Both the position numbers and the translations under genes were made by a program. Below are positions 12,593-25,185 of a stretch of 64,000 nt of DNA, piece after piece (the first letter of the stretch is position 1; the number at the start of each line of letters is the position of its first letter). The notes beneath the pieces were generated by a model. The model was given only the letters and a program-made list of their open reading frames with translations, searched no databases and was not told the origin of the DNA. Location: positions 186,001 through 250,000 of the forward strand of contig JAXLNO010000079.1 in the NCBI GenBank assembly GCA_038087875.1, read 5' to 3'. Source of the stretch: Malacoraja senta. Its lineage: Eukaryota.

Positions 12593-14244
12593 TCTATATA
12601 ATTAAAAGTCTAAACTTGACCACTTCCTGTTTGCACTGTATATTGATTTTAGAAAAAACGAGACCACTTACGGCTGTGATTTTTGGCCACCTTACTCAGA
12701 GTCCCCCTCCAGCTGTCAGGGCTAGAGGATTTTTCCCATCGATGAAAAATAAAAGACTTATTAATGTTTTAAAAATGTTGAGATTCTCTCTCCTGTCAAT
12801 GATGCCATGAAGGCCACGCCCCTTCTGGTGGGAGGGGGAGGAGCCATAAAACCCGGAAGTCTGGGCGTGGCTCAGTATCTGCAAGATGGGGGAGTGAGAG
12901 GGTCACGACTCTCAGTCTGAGCTGGAAATAAGTATAAGTATAAGTATAAGTATTTTTATTAGTCACATTCACATACACCCAGGTGTAGTGAAGTGAAATG
13001 CTTCTTGCCATCATGCAGCACACAAAAGAAGAGAATACAAACATAACACCAAGATAGTCTTAACACAAAGAACATCCCCCCACAATGGCTCCCACCATGA
13101 GGGAAGGCACAAAGTCCAGTCCCCAACCCCAGTTCACCCATAGTCGGGCCCATTGAGGCCTCCACAGTTGCCTCTACGGAGGCCCGATGTTCCAGGCCGT
13201 TCTCGCCGGGTGATATTGCTCCGGCGTCGGGAGAGTGCTCCCAGCGGCCTGGGAACCCTGGAACGGCCGCTTACGCACTGGGGGCCGCGGCTTCCGAAGC
13301 CAACAAGGCCGCGCCGGTTGGAGCTCCACAACTGGCGATCTCATCTAGAGATCCCAGGCTCACGATGTAAAGTTCATCGCCGCCGCCCGCGGCTGGTCGC
13401 TCCACAGTACCGCAGCTCCGCGATGTTTTCTCCAGCGATCCTCAGCTCACCGGAGCTCCAGCGCGGCGACCCGGGCAAGGCATCGCCCTCTCCGCGATAG
13501 CGCTCCAGCGCTGTGCCGCCGCCGAAGCTGAGGTTCTGGGCGGTCCCCAACAGGAAACGCCGCTCCAGGCCCGCAGGTAGGCCGCGAGGACGGGTCGAAG
13601 CTGCAACCCGGAAAAAAGCTGCCTCTCCGGCCAGGTAGGGACCCTGAAAGGTAGTTTCCCCCTTCCCCACCCCCCACACAAAAAAGTCTAGACCTCCAAA
13701 ACAAACCACTTAACTAAAATAAAAAATAAAGATGAAAGGACAGACAGCTGCTGGCTGGGCAGCCGCACACAGGACAGCGCCCCCTACTATCTGCAGAACA
13801 CTGAGAATACTGACCTGTGAGTGCCCTTTATGTGTTTTTAAACTGTGCCTTTTGCAACTGTGTGCCTTTTGCAACTGTAAAAAAAGATGAAAATGTCTAA
13901 AATTGATTGTCCACCCTCTCCCCCTTCTCTCTCACAGTCTCCCACCTGTTTTCGGCAGAATTTCTGGCAGTTTCTGAGCTGTCAGCCTGCGAGGCTTGAG
14001 TTACTGAGCTGCCAGGCCTCAGTGACTGAGCTGCCAGCCCAAGAATCCATTTGGCCCATAATGTCCACACTAGCCCTCTGGAAACCAGTCCCTTCGGCCC
14101 ACAACACCCATGCTAGCACTCCAGAAAGCACCCCCCCCCCCACACTGGCCAGCAATCTTGGAATTGGTGGAGAGGTGGAATATTGTGTTGGGGGACCAGC
14201 CCTCCCGTGTGAAGCTGGGACCCAACGGGTCCCATTTAGTCTAG
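12593..14244 (+). mobile_element. Non-autonomous Helitron
   Basis: A|TCTATATAATTAAAA start; TGGGACCC-AAC-GGGTCCCA hairpin (14216-14234); CTAG|T end; no TSD; flanks rejoin into a 10-bp degenerate tandem repeat. Confidence 0.8.
12927..13788 (-). mobile_element. GC-rich non-autonomous retroposon with Rex1-like tail (copy C), nested in the Helitron
   Basis: Collinear with 49585-50385; AATAAA plus (ATACTT)n tail. Confidence 0.75.
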
Positions 14245-14959
14245 TCAAATAATATAAAACAATTGGAACTGCTTTCTTTTCCTTGATAACAATACAGAAA
14301 AATATGAATTCCATAGTTTGTGACTTTTTGCATATTTTTAATATAATTTGAAAATTACAAAAATCTGCATGTTTTCAGGGTCATCATGGATCTGTCTGCA
14401 GTAATGCAGTAGCCCATTGATGATGTTGCTGCTGAGGAAGCTAGGGAGAAGATGGAGTTGGAAGATCTACTTGGTGCAGTGAAAACCAAAGGTTAGGAGA
14501 GGGAAAACATTATCACCAATTTTCTTCGGAGCTAATTGTGATTCTTTATGGTAAAAAACTAAACATTTTTGACACAGGATTTTCTGACTAGATTTTCTGA
14601 CCTTTTTGTGTAATTGAATTGCGCGCATTTTGGTACCAAAATCAGCACTGTATGATATCCCCCCTTAATGCTAAGTTACAGAGGTGTGAATTAAGTCGAT
14701 AATAATTTTAATTCCCGTTCAAATTACGACATATTTGCGGATCTACGCCTTCCATCTTATAACAAAAGTACTTAACCAATTTTAATAAACTTAGTATAAA
14801 ATATTGGAAATTTATAAAAATATATACATTTTAATGGGATCATTATATACAGATGTAACATTTCCATTTCGAGTCTGGGGGGGGGAGTGGGGGCAAATAT
14901 GCGTCAAGCCGATAGCCTAATCGTTAAAGGGTTAAAAGATAGCCTAATTGATAAAGAGC

Positions 14960-17900
14960 TGAGAAGAGGAATCAGAGCTGCCAAGGAATGGTGCTCTGAG
15001 AAGTTGAGGAGCAAGTTAGATACATAGATACATAGAAAATAGGTGCAGGAGTAGGCCATTCAATATGATCATGGCTGATCATCCAACTCAGTATCCCGTA
15101 CCTGCCTTCTCTCCATACCCCCTGATCCCTTTAGCCACAAGGGCCACATCTAACTCCCTCTTAAATATAGCCAATGAACTGGCCTCAACTACCCTCTGTG
15201 GCAGAGAGTTCCAGAGATTCATCACTCTCTGTGTGAAAATGTTTTTTCTCATCTCGGTCTTAAAGGATTTCCCCCTTATCCTTAAGCTGTGACCCCTTGT
15301 CCTGGACTTACCCAACATCGGGAACAATCTTCCTGCATCTAGCCTGTCCAACCCCATAAGAATTTTGTACGTTTCTATAAGATCCTCTCTCAATCTCCTA
15401 AATTCTAGCGAGTATAAGCCAAGTCTATCCAGTCTTTCTTCATATGAAAGACCTGACATCCCAGGAATCAGTCTGGTGAACCTTCTCTGCACTCCCTCTA
15501 TGGCTATAATGTCCTTCCTCAGATTTGGAGACCAAAACTGTACGCAATACTCCAGGTGTGGTCTCACCAAGACCCTGTACAACTGCAGTAGAACCTCCCT
15601 GCTCCTATACTCAAATCCTTTTGCTATGAAAGCCAACATACCATTCGCTTTCTTCACTGCCTGCTGCACCTGCATGCCTACTTTCAATGACTGGTGTACC
15701 ATGACACCCAGGTCTCGCTGCATCTCCCCATTTCCTAATCGGCCACCATTTACATAATAGTCTACTTTCCTGTTTTTGCCACCAAAGTGGATAACCTCAC
15801 ATTTATCCACATTATACTGCATCTGCCAAACATTTGCCCACTCATCCAGCCTATCCAAGTCACCTTGCAGTCTCCTAGCATCCTCCTCACAGCTAACACT
15901 GCCCCCCAGCTTAGTGTCATCCGCAAACTTGGAGATGTTGCCTTCAATTCCCTCATCCAGATCATTAATATAAATTGTAAATAGCTGGGGTCCCAGCACT
16001 GAGCCTTGCGGTACCCCACTAGTCACTGCCTGCCATTGTGAAAAGGACCTGTTTACTCCTACTCTTTGCTTCCTGTTTGCCAGCCAGTTCTCTATCCACA
16101 TCAATACTGAACCCCCAATACCGTGTGCTTTAAGTTTGTATACTAATCTCTTATGTGGTACCTTGTCAAAAGCCTTCTGAAAGTCCAGATACAACACATC
16201 CACTGGTTCTCCCCTATCCACTCTACTAGTTACATCCTCAAAAAATTCTATAAGATTCGTCAGACATGATTTACCTTTCGTAAATCCATGCTGACTTTGT
16301 CCAATGATTTCACCACTTTCCAAATGTGCTGCTATCCCATCTTTAATAAGTGACTCTAGCAGTTTCCCCACTACCGATGTTAGACTAACTGGTCTGTAAT
16401 TCCCCGTTTTCTCTCTCCCTCCCTCCTTAAAAAGGGGTTACGTTTGCTACCCTCCAATCCTCAGGAACTACTCCAGAATCTAAAGAGTTTTGAAAAATTA
16501 TCACTAATGCATCCACTATTTCTGGAGCTACTTCCTTAAGTACTCTGGGATGCAGCCTATCTGGCCCTGGTGATTTATCGGCCTTTAATCAATTCAATTT
16601 ACCCAACACCACTTCCCGACTAACCTGGATTTCACTCAGTTCCTCTATCTCCTTTGACCCGCGGTCCCCTGCTATTTCCGGCAGATTATTTATGTCTTCC
16701 TTAGTGAAGACGGAACCAAAGTAGTTATTCAATTGGTCCGCCATATCCTTGTTCCCCATGATCAATTCACCTGTTTCTGACTGCAAGGGACCTACATTTG
16801 TTTTAACTAATCTCTTTCTCTTCACATATCTATAAAACCTTTTGCAGTCAGTTTTTATGTTCCCTGCCAGTTTTCTTTCATAATCTATTTTCCCTTTCCT
16901 AATTAAGCCCTTTGTCCTCCTCTGCTGGTCTCTGAATTTCTCCCAGTCCTCTGGTATGCTGCTTTTTCTGGTTAATTTGTACGCATCATCTTTTGCTTTG
17001 ATACCATCCTTGATTTCCCTTGTTATCCACGGATGCACCACCTTCCCTGATTTATTCTTTTGCCAAACTGGGATGAACAATTTTTGTAGTTCATCCATGC
17101 AGTCTTTAAATGCCTTCCATTGCATATCCACCGTCAACCCTTTTAGAACTAATTGCCAGTCAATCTTGGCCAATTCACGTCTCATACCCTCAAAGTTACC
17201 TTTCTTTAAGTTCAGAACCGTTGTTTCTGAATTAATTATGTCACTCTCCATCCTAATGAAGAACTCAACCATATTATGGTCACTCTTGCCCAAGGGGCCA
17301 TGCACAACAAGACTGCTAACTAACCCTTCCTCATTACTCGATACCCAGTCTAGAATAGCCTGCTCTCTCGTTGGTTCCTCTACATGTTGGTTTAGATAAC
17401 TATCCCGCATACATTCCAAGAAATCCTCTTCCTCAGCACCCCTGCCAATTTGATTCACCCAATCTATATGTAGATTGAAGTCACCCATTATAACTGTTTT
17501 GCCTTTGTTGCACGCATTTCTAATTTCCTGTTTGATGCCATCCCCAACTTCACTACTACTGCTAGGTGGCCTGTACACAACACCCACCCGCGTTTTCTGC
17601 CCCTTAGTATTTCGCAGCTCTACCCATACCGATTCCACATCCTCCAAGCTAATGTCCTTCCTTTCCACTGCGTTAATCTCCTCTCTATCCAGCAACGCTA
17701 CTCCACCACCTTTTCCTTTCTCTCTATCCCTCCTGAATATTGAATATCCCTGGATGTTCAGCTCCCAGCCTTGGTCACCCTGGAGCCATGTCTCCGTGAT
17801 CCCGACTATATCATAATCATTAATAGCTATCTGCACGTTCAACTCATCCACCTACTTAAGTTCTCAGCTAATGACTCTTCTTCAGTTTGGAAGGGCATGC

Positions 17901-19215
17901 AAGAAATTACTAGATATAAGAGGAAATCCCCCCGCTCTTTGGACAATCATCAGCTGACCAACGACCTGAATGAGTTTTACTGCAGGTTTGAAAATTGGAA
18001 ACGTAACCCTGGTACCCCCTCCCCAACAAACACAGCCAGACCCCAGTCTGCAAAGAATGGACCCTGCACCCACTCCTCCCCATTCACCACTTCACACCTA
18101 CTTAAGGCAAAGCAGTATGAAAAGACTGGACCCTTTCCCACCACAATCACCACTTCACACCCATTTACCCACACCCTCCTTGCTGAACCACATCATTTCA
18201 TCAACAGTAAAAATAAAGAAGGTGGAGAGGCTTTTCAAAAGACAGAAAATCCGGAAATCTCCAGGACCTGACAATGTTTCCCCCTCTACTCTCAAGCTCT
18301 GTGCCAAACAACTGGCACCGATCTACACAGACATTTTTCACCAGTCCCTGCAAACATGTACTGTCCCTGCATACTTCAAAGTGTCCACTATTGTCCCTGT
18401 ACCCAAAAAGGCAAGGATTACTTGTCTTAATGACTACAGGCCTGTCGCAGTGACCTCTGTAGTTATGAAGACACTTGAAAGGCTTGTGCTGGCCAAGCTG
18501 AAAAATATCACAATCCCCTGCTGGACCCTCTGCAGTTTGCATATCGGGCCAATAGATCTGTGGATGACGCAGTCAACCTGGGCCTGCACTTCATCCTCCA
18601 GCACCTAGACCGCCAGGGGACCTTTGCAAGGATTTTGTTTGTTGATTTTAGCTCTGCATTCAACACCATTGTGCCAGAGCTACTACAATCCAAACTTTCT
18701 GAGTTGACTGTGCCTGAACCCCTCTGTCAGTGGATCACCAGCTTCCTGACAGACAGGAAGCAGCATGTGAGGCTGGGAAAGCACATCTCAGACCCGCAAA
18801 CCGTCAGCATAGGAGCACCGCAAGGCTGCGTACTCTCCCCTCTCCTCTACCCCAATGACTGCACCTCCACAGACACCTCCGTCAAGCTTCTCAAGTTTGC
18901 TAACGACACAATCCTGATTGGACTGATCCAGGATGGGGAGGAATCTGCCTACAGACAGGAAGTGTCACAGCTGGCATCCTGGTGCCATCGCAACAACCTG
19001 GAGCTCAATGCTCTTAAGACAGTGGAATTGATTGTAGACTTTAGGAGAGCTCCCCCTCCCCTCACCATCAACAACACCACAGTCACATCTGTGTGGAGTC
19101 TTTTAAGTTCCTGGGAACCATCATCTCCAATGACCTTAAGTGGGGGGGCTACCATCGACTCCAGAACAGAGGATGTATTTACTACGGCAGCTGAGGTAGC
19201 ACAATCTGCCACAGC
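14960..19215 (+). mobile_element. Rex1/Babar LINE fragment split by a CR1 insertion
   Basis: Frame LRRGIRAAK..KLRSK(F) at 14960-15017 resumes as KFSANDSSSVWKG at 17858. RT motifs KSPGPDNV, NDYRPVA, DFSSAFNTI, GAPQGCVLSP. Confidence 0.85.
15018..17857 (-). mobile_element. CR1 LINE (5'-truncated ORF2, APE+RT) with AAGTT target duplication
   Basis: ORFs 16589-17851 and 15088-16371; octamer tail ATACATAG repeats; AAGTT at 15013-15017 and 17858-17862. Confidence 0.95.
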
Positions 19216-19239
19216 GGATCAGGCAGAATCTCTGGAGAA

Positions 19240-20930
19240 CATAGATAGAGTCATAGAGTGACACAGTGTGGAAACAAGCCCTTTGGCCCAACTTGCCCAC
19301 ACCGGCTAACAATGTCCCAGCTACACTAGTTCCACTTGCCTGCGTTTGGTCCATATCCCTCCAAACCTGTCCTATCCATGTACCTGCCTAACTGTTTCTT
19401 AAACATGGGATAGTCCCAACCTCAACTACCTCCTCTGGCAGCTCGTTCCATACATCCACCACCCTTTGTGTGAAAATGTTATCCCTCGGATTCCTATTAA
19501 ATCTTTTCCACTTCACCTTGAACCTATGTTCTCTCGTCCTCGATTCCCCTACTCTGGGCAAAAGACTCTGTGCATCTACCCGATCTATTCCTATAATGAT
19601 TTTGTACACCTCTATAAGATTTCCCCTCATCCTCCTGCGCTTCATGGAATAGAGTCCCAACCTACTCAACCCTATAGCTCACACCCTCTAGTCCTGGCAA
19701 CATCCTCATAAATCTTCTCTACTCTTTCCAGTTTGACATCTTTCCTATAACATGATGCCCAGAACTGAACACAATATTCTAAATGCGGTCTCACCAACGT
19801 CTTATACAACTGCAACATGACCTCTCAACTTCTATACTCAATACTCTGACTGATGAAGGCTAAAGTGCCAAAATACTTTTGACCACCTGATGTACCTGCG
19901 ACTCGACCTTCAAGGAGCCATGCAACCATCAACCATTCCTCTGCCCACCTGGCCAATTGATCCAGATCCTGCTGCAATCTTTCACAACCATCTTCACTAT
20001 CTGCAAAACCACTCACTTTTGTATCATCAGCAAACTTGCTAATCTTGCCCTGTTCTATGACGTTTCACTGAGTGCTGGAGTAACTCAGTGGGTCAGGCTG
20101 AGTATAGAGGTTGGGAGGTCATATTGCAGTTGGATAAGAAGTTGGTGAGGCCGCATTTAGAGTATTGTGTTCAGTTTTGGGCAGCATGTTATAGGAAAGA
20201 TGTCATCAAACTGGAAAGGGTACAGTGAAGATTTACGAGGATGTTGCCAGGATTAGAGGGCCAGAGCTATAGGGAGAGGTTGAGTAGGCTGGGACTCTAT
20301 TTCATGGAGCAAAGGAGGATGAGGGGTGATCTAATAGAGGTGTATAAAATCATGATTTGAATAGATCAGGCTGAGTCTTTTGCCCAGAGTAGGTGAATCG
20401 AGGAGCAGAGGACATAAGTTTAAGATGAAAGGGAAAAGATTTAATAGGAATCTGAGGGGTATATTTTTCATACACAGGACGGTAGGTGTATGGAACAAGC
20501 AGCCAGAGGAGGTAGTTGAGGCAGGGACTATCGCAACGTTTAAGAAACAGTTAGACAGGTACATGGAGGGATATGGATCAAACGTGGGAAGGTGGGACTA
20601 CTGTAGATGGGACATGCTGGGCCGAAGGGCCTGTTTCCACACTGTATCACTCTATGACTCTATCTATCTTTCCCTCTCAAACCCATTGTCCTGCCTTCTC
20701 CCCATTACCTCTGACACCCGTATCAATCAAGAATCTATCAATCTCCTCCTGAAAAATGTCCATTGACTTGGCCTCCACAGCTGTCTGTGGCAATGAATTC
20801 CACAATTCACCACCCTCTGACTTAAGAAATTCCTGCTCATCTCCTTCCTTTTAATTCTGAGGCTGTGGCCACTGGTCCTAGATTCTCCCACTAGTGGAAA
20901 CATCCTCTCCATCCAGGCTTTTACCAGGCT
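19240..20930. mobile_element. Cluster of degenerate CR1 3' fragments in both orientations
   Basis: RLGLYS..RRMRG, FTQRVV..WNELPEEVVE motifs on both strands. Confidence 0.8.
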
Positions 20931-21813
20931 GGCACAGACTGCAACAGCTTCACACCATGTCCCAAAGCTCGTGTCCTGTCCTGCATCACCCAAGGAAGCA
21001 GAGACGTTATAGGGGGGTTGCACGTAAGGTCATCGGGTCAAGGGGCATGACGCTTGGAGCAGCTCAATCCATGTGGAGGACATGGCGGCCTCGGTATACA
21101 CTGTTAACACACAAAACGCGTACCTTCTTTCCTGTTAGAAACCGCCGAAATTATCTTTTTTGCGCTGTAAATAATTGTGGGTGCTGTCATTGAAAGCGGG
21201 AGGTATCATGTTTAAACTGGTGTTATCTCATGGTGTAGCGTCTTTGACAATCCGCGACTAATAACCGCGTTCATTGTCGTGTCCAGAGAGACAGCACCGT
21301 CTCGATAAGCCTTCGCTAAATAACGCAAACTTAAAGTCTGAGCAATTTGATTGCAATATTGTGGGGTTATTTTTTGGGGTGATTGAGCGCTCAGAACCAA
21401 ATGCTCTAGTATCTTTGCTCTGAGACAGCCGCGGGACAGCCCCCCCACTCTCCCCCCCGGGGTCAGCGCTGTCCGGCCACGGCCGCCCTCCGCCCCGTCT
21501 GTCAGGGGTTGTGGGTCGGCAGCGCCCACACGGGGCCGGGTGGAGCGGGGCCACGGCAGCAAAGTTGGGGACGGTCTGCTCCCTCCGCCCACCCAGTCAT
21601 TGACTGTGCTGCATCGACACCCCAACCTCTTCCTACTACCCCCCCCCCCCCACCCACCCACCCCCCACCCCACACCCACCCCCCACCCCACACCCCACCC
21701 CACCACCACCACCAATGGCCGCGGGGATAGATGGCCTGGGGTCCGCGAGTGTGCAACCAGTCGGGATGCTGGGCCAGAAGAAGGGCCCGCTGTGCTGGCA
21801 GCCATAGTAAATG

Positions 21814-21858
21814 CTTACCTGCAGGTTCATCGCGTGTACTCCTGTTGCGTGGCAACAG
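21814..21858 (-). promoter_or_regulatory. Candidate divergent promoter/first exon with RFX X-box-like palindrome
   Basis: CTGTTGC-GTG-GCAACAG palindrome (21842-21858); minus-strand ATGAACCTGCAG|GTAAGC donor at 21819/21818; lies within a CpG-rich island. Confidence 0.4.
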
Positions 21859-22789
21859 TACGGGTCATGGGTCATGGGTCGTGACCACGACTGCGTGCAA
21901 CCTCCCTATAGGAGAGGGCAAGCACCGTCACAAAGTAGCTCACGATGGTTTGGGTAACATTCAGGAATGTCTATACATGTCACATTATGAATATTACTTA
22001 AGGGTCTTGACCCGAAATATAATCTATACCTTTTCTCCAGAGATGCTGCCTGACCCGCTGAGTTACTCCAGCACTCTGTGAAATGCCACCTATCCATGTT
22101 CTCCAGAGATGCTGCCTGACCCAGAGTTGCTCCAGCACTTTGTGTCTATTTTCCCTTCAGCCATCTGCCCAAGCCCACCCTCCCCCCTCCTTTCCTATGT
22201 TCCTTTCCACCCATAAACCTCTCTCTGCCTTTACATTTCACTCCTCTTTCAAATCTGCTCTACTTATCGACATGCATTTTTCTTCTTAACTTTTTAGTTA
22301 TAGAGTGTGGTGTGGAAACAGGCGCTTCAGCCCAACTTGCCCACACTGACCAACATGTCCCATCTACACGCGTTTGGTCCATATCCATCTAAACCTGTCC
22401 TATCCATGTACGTGTCCAAATGTCTCTTAAACATTAGGATAGTCCCAGCCTTAACGACCTCCTCTGGCAGCTTTTTCCATACACCCACCACCCTTTGTGT
22501 GAAAAAGCTACCTCAGATTCCTGTTAATTTCTGAAATATTGATCATAAATCTGGTGCAAAATTGCTCCAAAATAAGGGTCAGAATGCACCAGAGAGCATC
22601 TAAAACCCCAGAGCTTCCAGGGCCCGCTTAAGGGCTTCGTCCGGGCCTGCCTTGCCTTGCCTTGTCTTGTCCTGCTCTGTTGTCTGTTCCTCCACAGACG
22701 CCGGCTGACCCGCTGAGTTCCCACCGCACTAGTGTCTGTGTTTTGCTCCATATCCTGCAGTTCCCTGTGTGTGACTCCGGTTAAACGCA

Positions 22790-22997
22790 TCAAACTACCG
22801 GTGCAGGTTGGCGGCCCGGGCCGGGCGGGCGGGCGGGTCCCGGTGGGTGTGAGAGGCCGGGCCGGGCCGGGCCGGGCCGGGTGCCAGTGCGGGGAGTGAC
22901 CGCTGGGGGCGACACCGGATGGGGCGGGGCGGGGCTGGGGGTCACATGACAGGTCACATGACACGGCGGGGAGCGGGCTAGTCTGCGGGACGCGGCC
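22790..22997 (+). promoter_or_regulatory. slc12a9 CpG-island promoter with GC boxes and two CLEAR/M-box-like motifs
   Basis: GGGGCGGGGCGGGG at 22921-22934; GTCACATGAC at 22941-22950 and 22953-22962; Kozak gccATGG at 22998. Confidence 0.7.
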
Positions 22998-23160
22998 ATG
23001 GCCGAGCGGTCGCCATTGCTCAACTACCGGCTGTTCGCGGCGCCTGGACCGGCCGGTAGCGGCCGGAGCCCGGCCTCGCCCCACAAACTCTCCACCTTCC
23101 TCGGCGTCGTGGTGCCCACCCTGCTCTCCATGTTCAGTGTGGTGCTCTTCCTGCGCATCG
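22998..23160 (+). CDS. slc12a9: Solute carrier family 12 member 9, coding exon 1
   Basis: MAERSPLLNYRLF..KLSTFLGVVVPTLLSMFSVVLFLRI matches the recalled SLC12A9 N-terminus; donor G|GTGAGT, phase 1. Confidence 0.95.
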
Positions 23161-25185
23161 GTGAGTGAGTGAGTGAGGGAGGGAGTGAGGGAGGGAGGGA
23201 GGGATGGAGTGAGGGAGGGAGCTCGGTCCCGGGACCCCCCAACACCCAACCCCCCGGCCCCTCGCCGACCCCCCCCCCCCGGGGAACCCGCCCCCCGCCC
23301 GGTGACCAAACCCCTCCAAGGGCCGGGACCTTCCCCCACTCCCCCGTCCCGTGTCCCGTGTCCCGTCTGCTGGGGGTTCCCGCCCGGCTGCCGCCCGAGT
23401 CCCTGTCAGTTTCCATTCTTGTTCTTCTTCCGGGATTTTAATACTAACTCAAATACTCTCTCTTTTCGGGTAAAAGTTTACCTTTAAAAACTGTACGCAT
23501 TAAATATAAATAATTACCGAACCGTTGGCAGTTGTTTTAATATTGCGTCACGGTCCTGTCCACGTTGCTCCCGGTTATCCATTTAAAATGTCACTGGTCT
23601 TGTCCACACCGCCAGTCTCTCTCTCTCTCTCTCTTGTCCTCGCCACTCTGTGTTCTTCAGCAGTCTGCGAGTTCACGTTACTTCACTCCTAAACCTTAAA
23701 TCAATGTTACTATACAATTTATCTGAGCTCTCTTACAGTAACTCAACAAACAAAATAATAGTTTATTAAACAGTGTTTCTCTGGACTATTATGTTTACAA
23801 CTACCCCATGTAAACAAAAAAAGGACAATTTCCTTAAACTTGCTTGCAGTGATGGAAAGGAAATGTTAGTTTGCAGGTGGTGAACAATGAATGTCCTTTC
23901 CCCATAATGATGTCAGTCCTTGAGCGTTATTGTCCATGCAGCAATTTATTTCAACCTTGCGGCCTGGGAAATATGCTGAATGTGTATCTTTTGAGTAATT
24001 GTCAACCATAACAGACACAACATCATTTTTGAATGTTGCATCCAATCCGATATTCTCTGGATACAGAGATGTGTCAGAATTTAGAATTATGCTTTTTGTC
24101 CCAGAGTTCCCTATTTTCTAAATGTCGGGGGGTGCGAATAATTACAGAGGCCTTAGCACAGATGCAATTAGTGGCCCACATCTACTTTATGATTTGTTCA
24201 AGGACATGGCCCAATTTTGAGTAGAAAGATGCAAATGCTGGTTTTCACTGAAGATAGACACAAAATGCTGGAGTAACTCAGCATAAACGTCACCCACTTC
24301 CTCCCTCCAGAGATCCCAGTTTTGTGTATGAATTTGAGGGGGAGGGGAAAGAATTGTGCAGATTTTTGGTCATTGGCCTTATGACAGGTAAGCAAGTTAT
24401 TTTAAGATTCTGCTTTTACTGGTAGCACTTCCTTGTTGAGTGGTGAAGTTGTGGGTTGAATTCCAACAGAACATGAGCAGACATTTCAAGGCAATGTCAT
24501 GGGGCCATTGCATCGCCAAGTTTAGACAGGTTGTCTGCCCTTGGAGCATTCCACAAACCTGGAGACCCACCTGGTGATGGTCTACTTGTGTTTTAGCGTT
24601 AAGCCAAGGATCCACATGGTGAGTGAGAGAATGTCTCTCACTCATTGAAACATTTGTGACCAGGGACTTCCCTTCCCTTTAACCAGCCAGAATTTCCCCT
24701 TTCAACAAACTTCCCAAATCAAATGTTTTTGTTAATTTGTCAACAGTCGCTCATCTAACTTGGAAATATAGAAACATAGAAAATAGGTGCAGGAGGAGGC
24801 CATTCGGCCCTTCGAGCCAGCACCGCCATTCATTGCGATCATGGCTGATCGTCCCCAATCAATAACCCGTGCCTGCCTTCTCCCCATATCCCTTGATTCC
24901 ACTAGCTCCTAGAGCTCTATCTAACTCTCTCTTAAATCCATCCAGTGACTTGGCCTCCACTGCCCTCTGTGGCAGGGAATTCCACAAATTCACAACTCTC
25001 TGGGTGAAAACGTTTTTTCTCACCTCAGTCTTAAATGGCCTCCCCTTTATTCTAAGACTCTTGCCCCTGGTTCTGGACTGGCCCACCATTGGGAACATTT
25101 TTCCTGCATCTAGCTTGTCCAGTCCTTTTATAATTTTATGTTTCTATAAGATACCCCTTCATCCTTCTAAACTCCAGTGAATACA

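Noticed and set aside
14915..14936. piggyBac-like end (..AAAGGG|TTAA)
   Set aside because: No matching inverted terminus or transposase found in the window.
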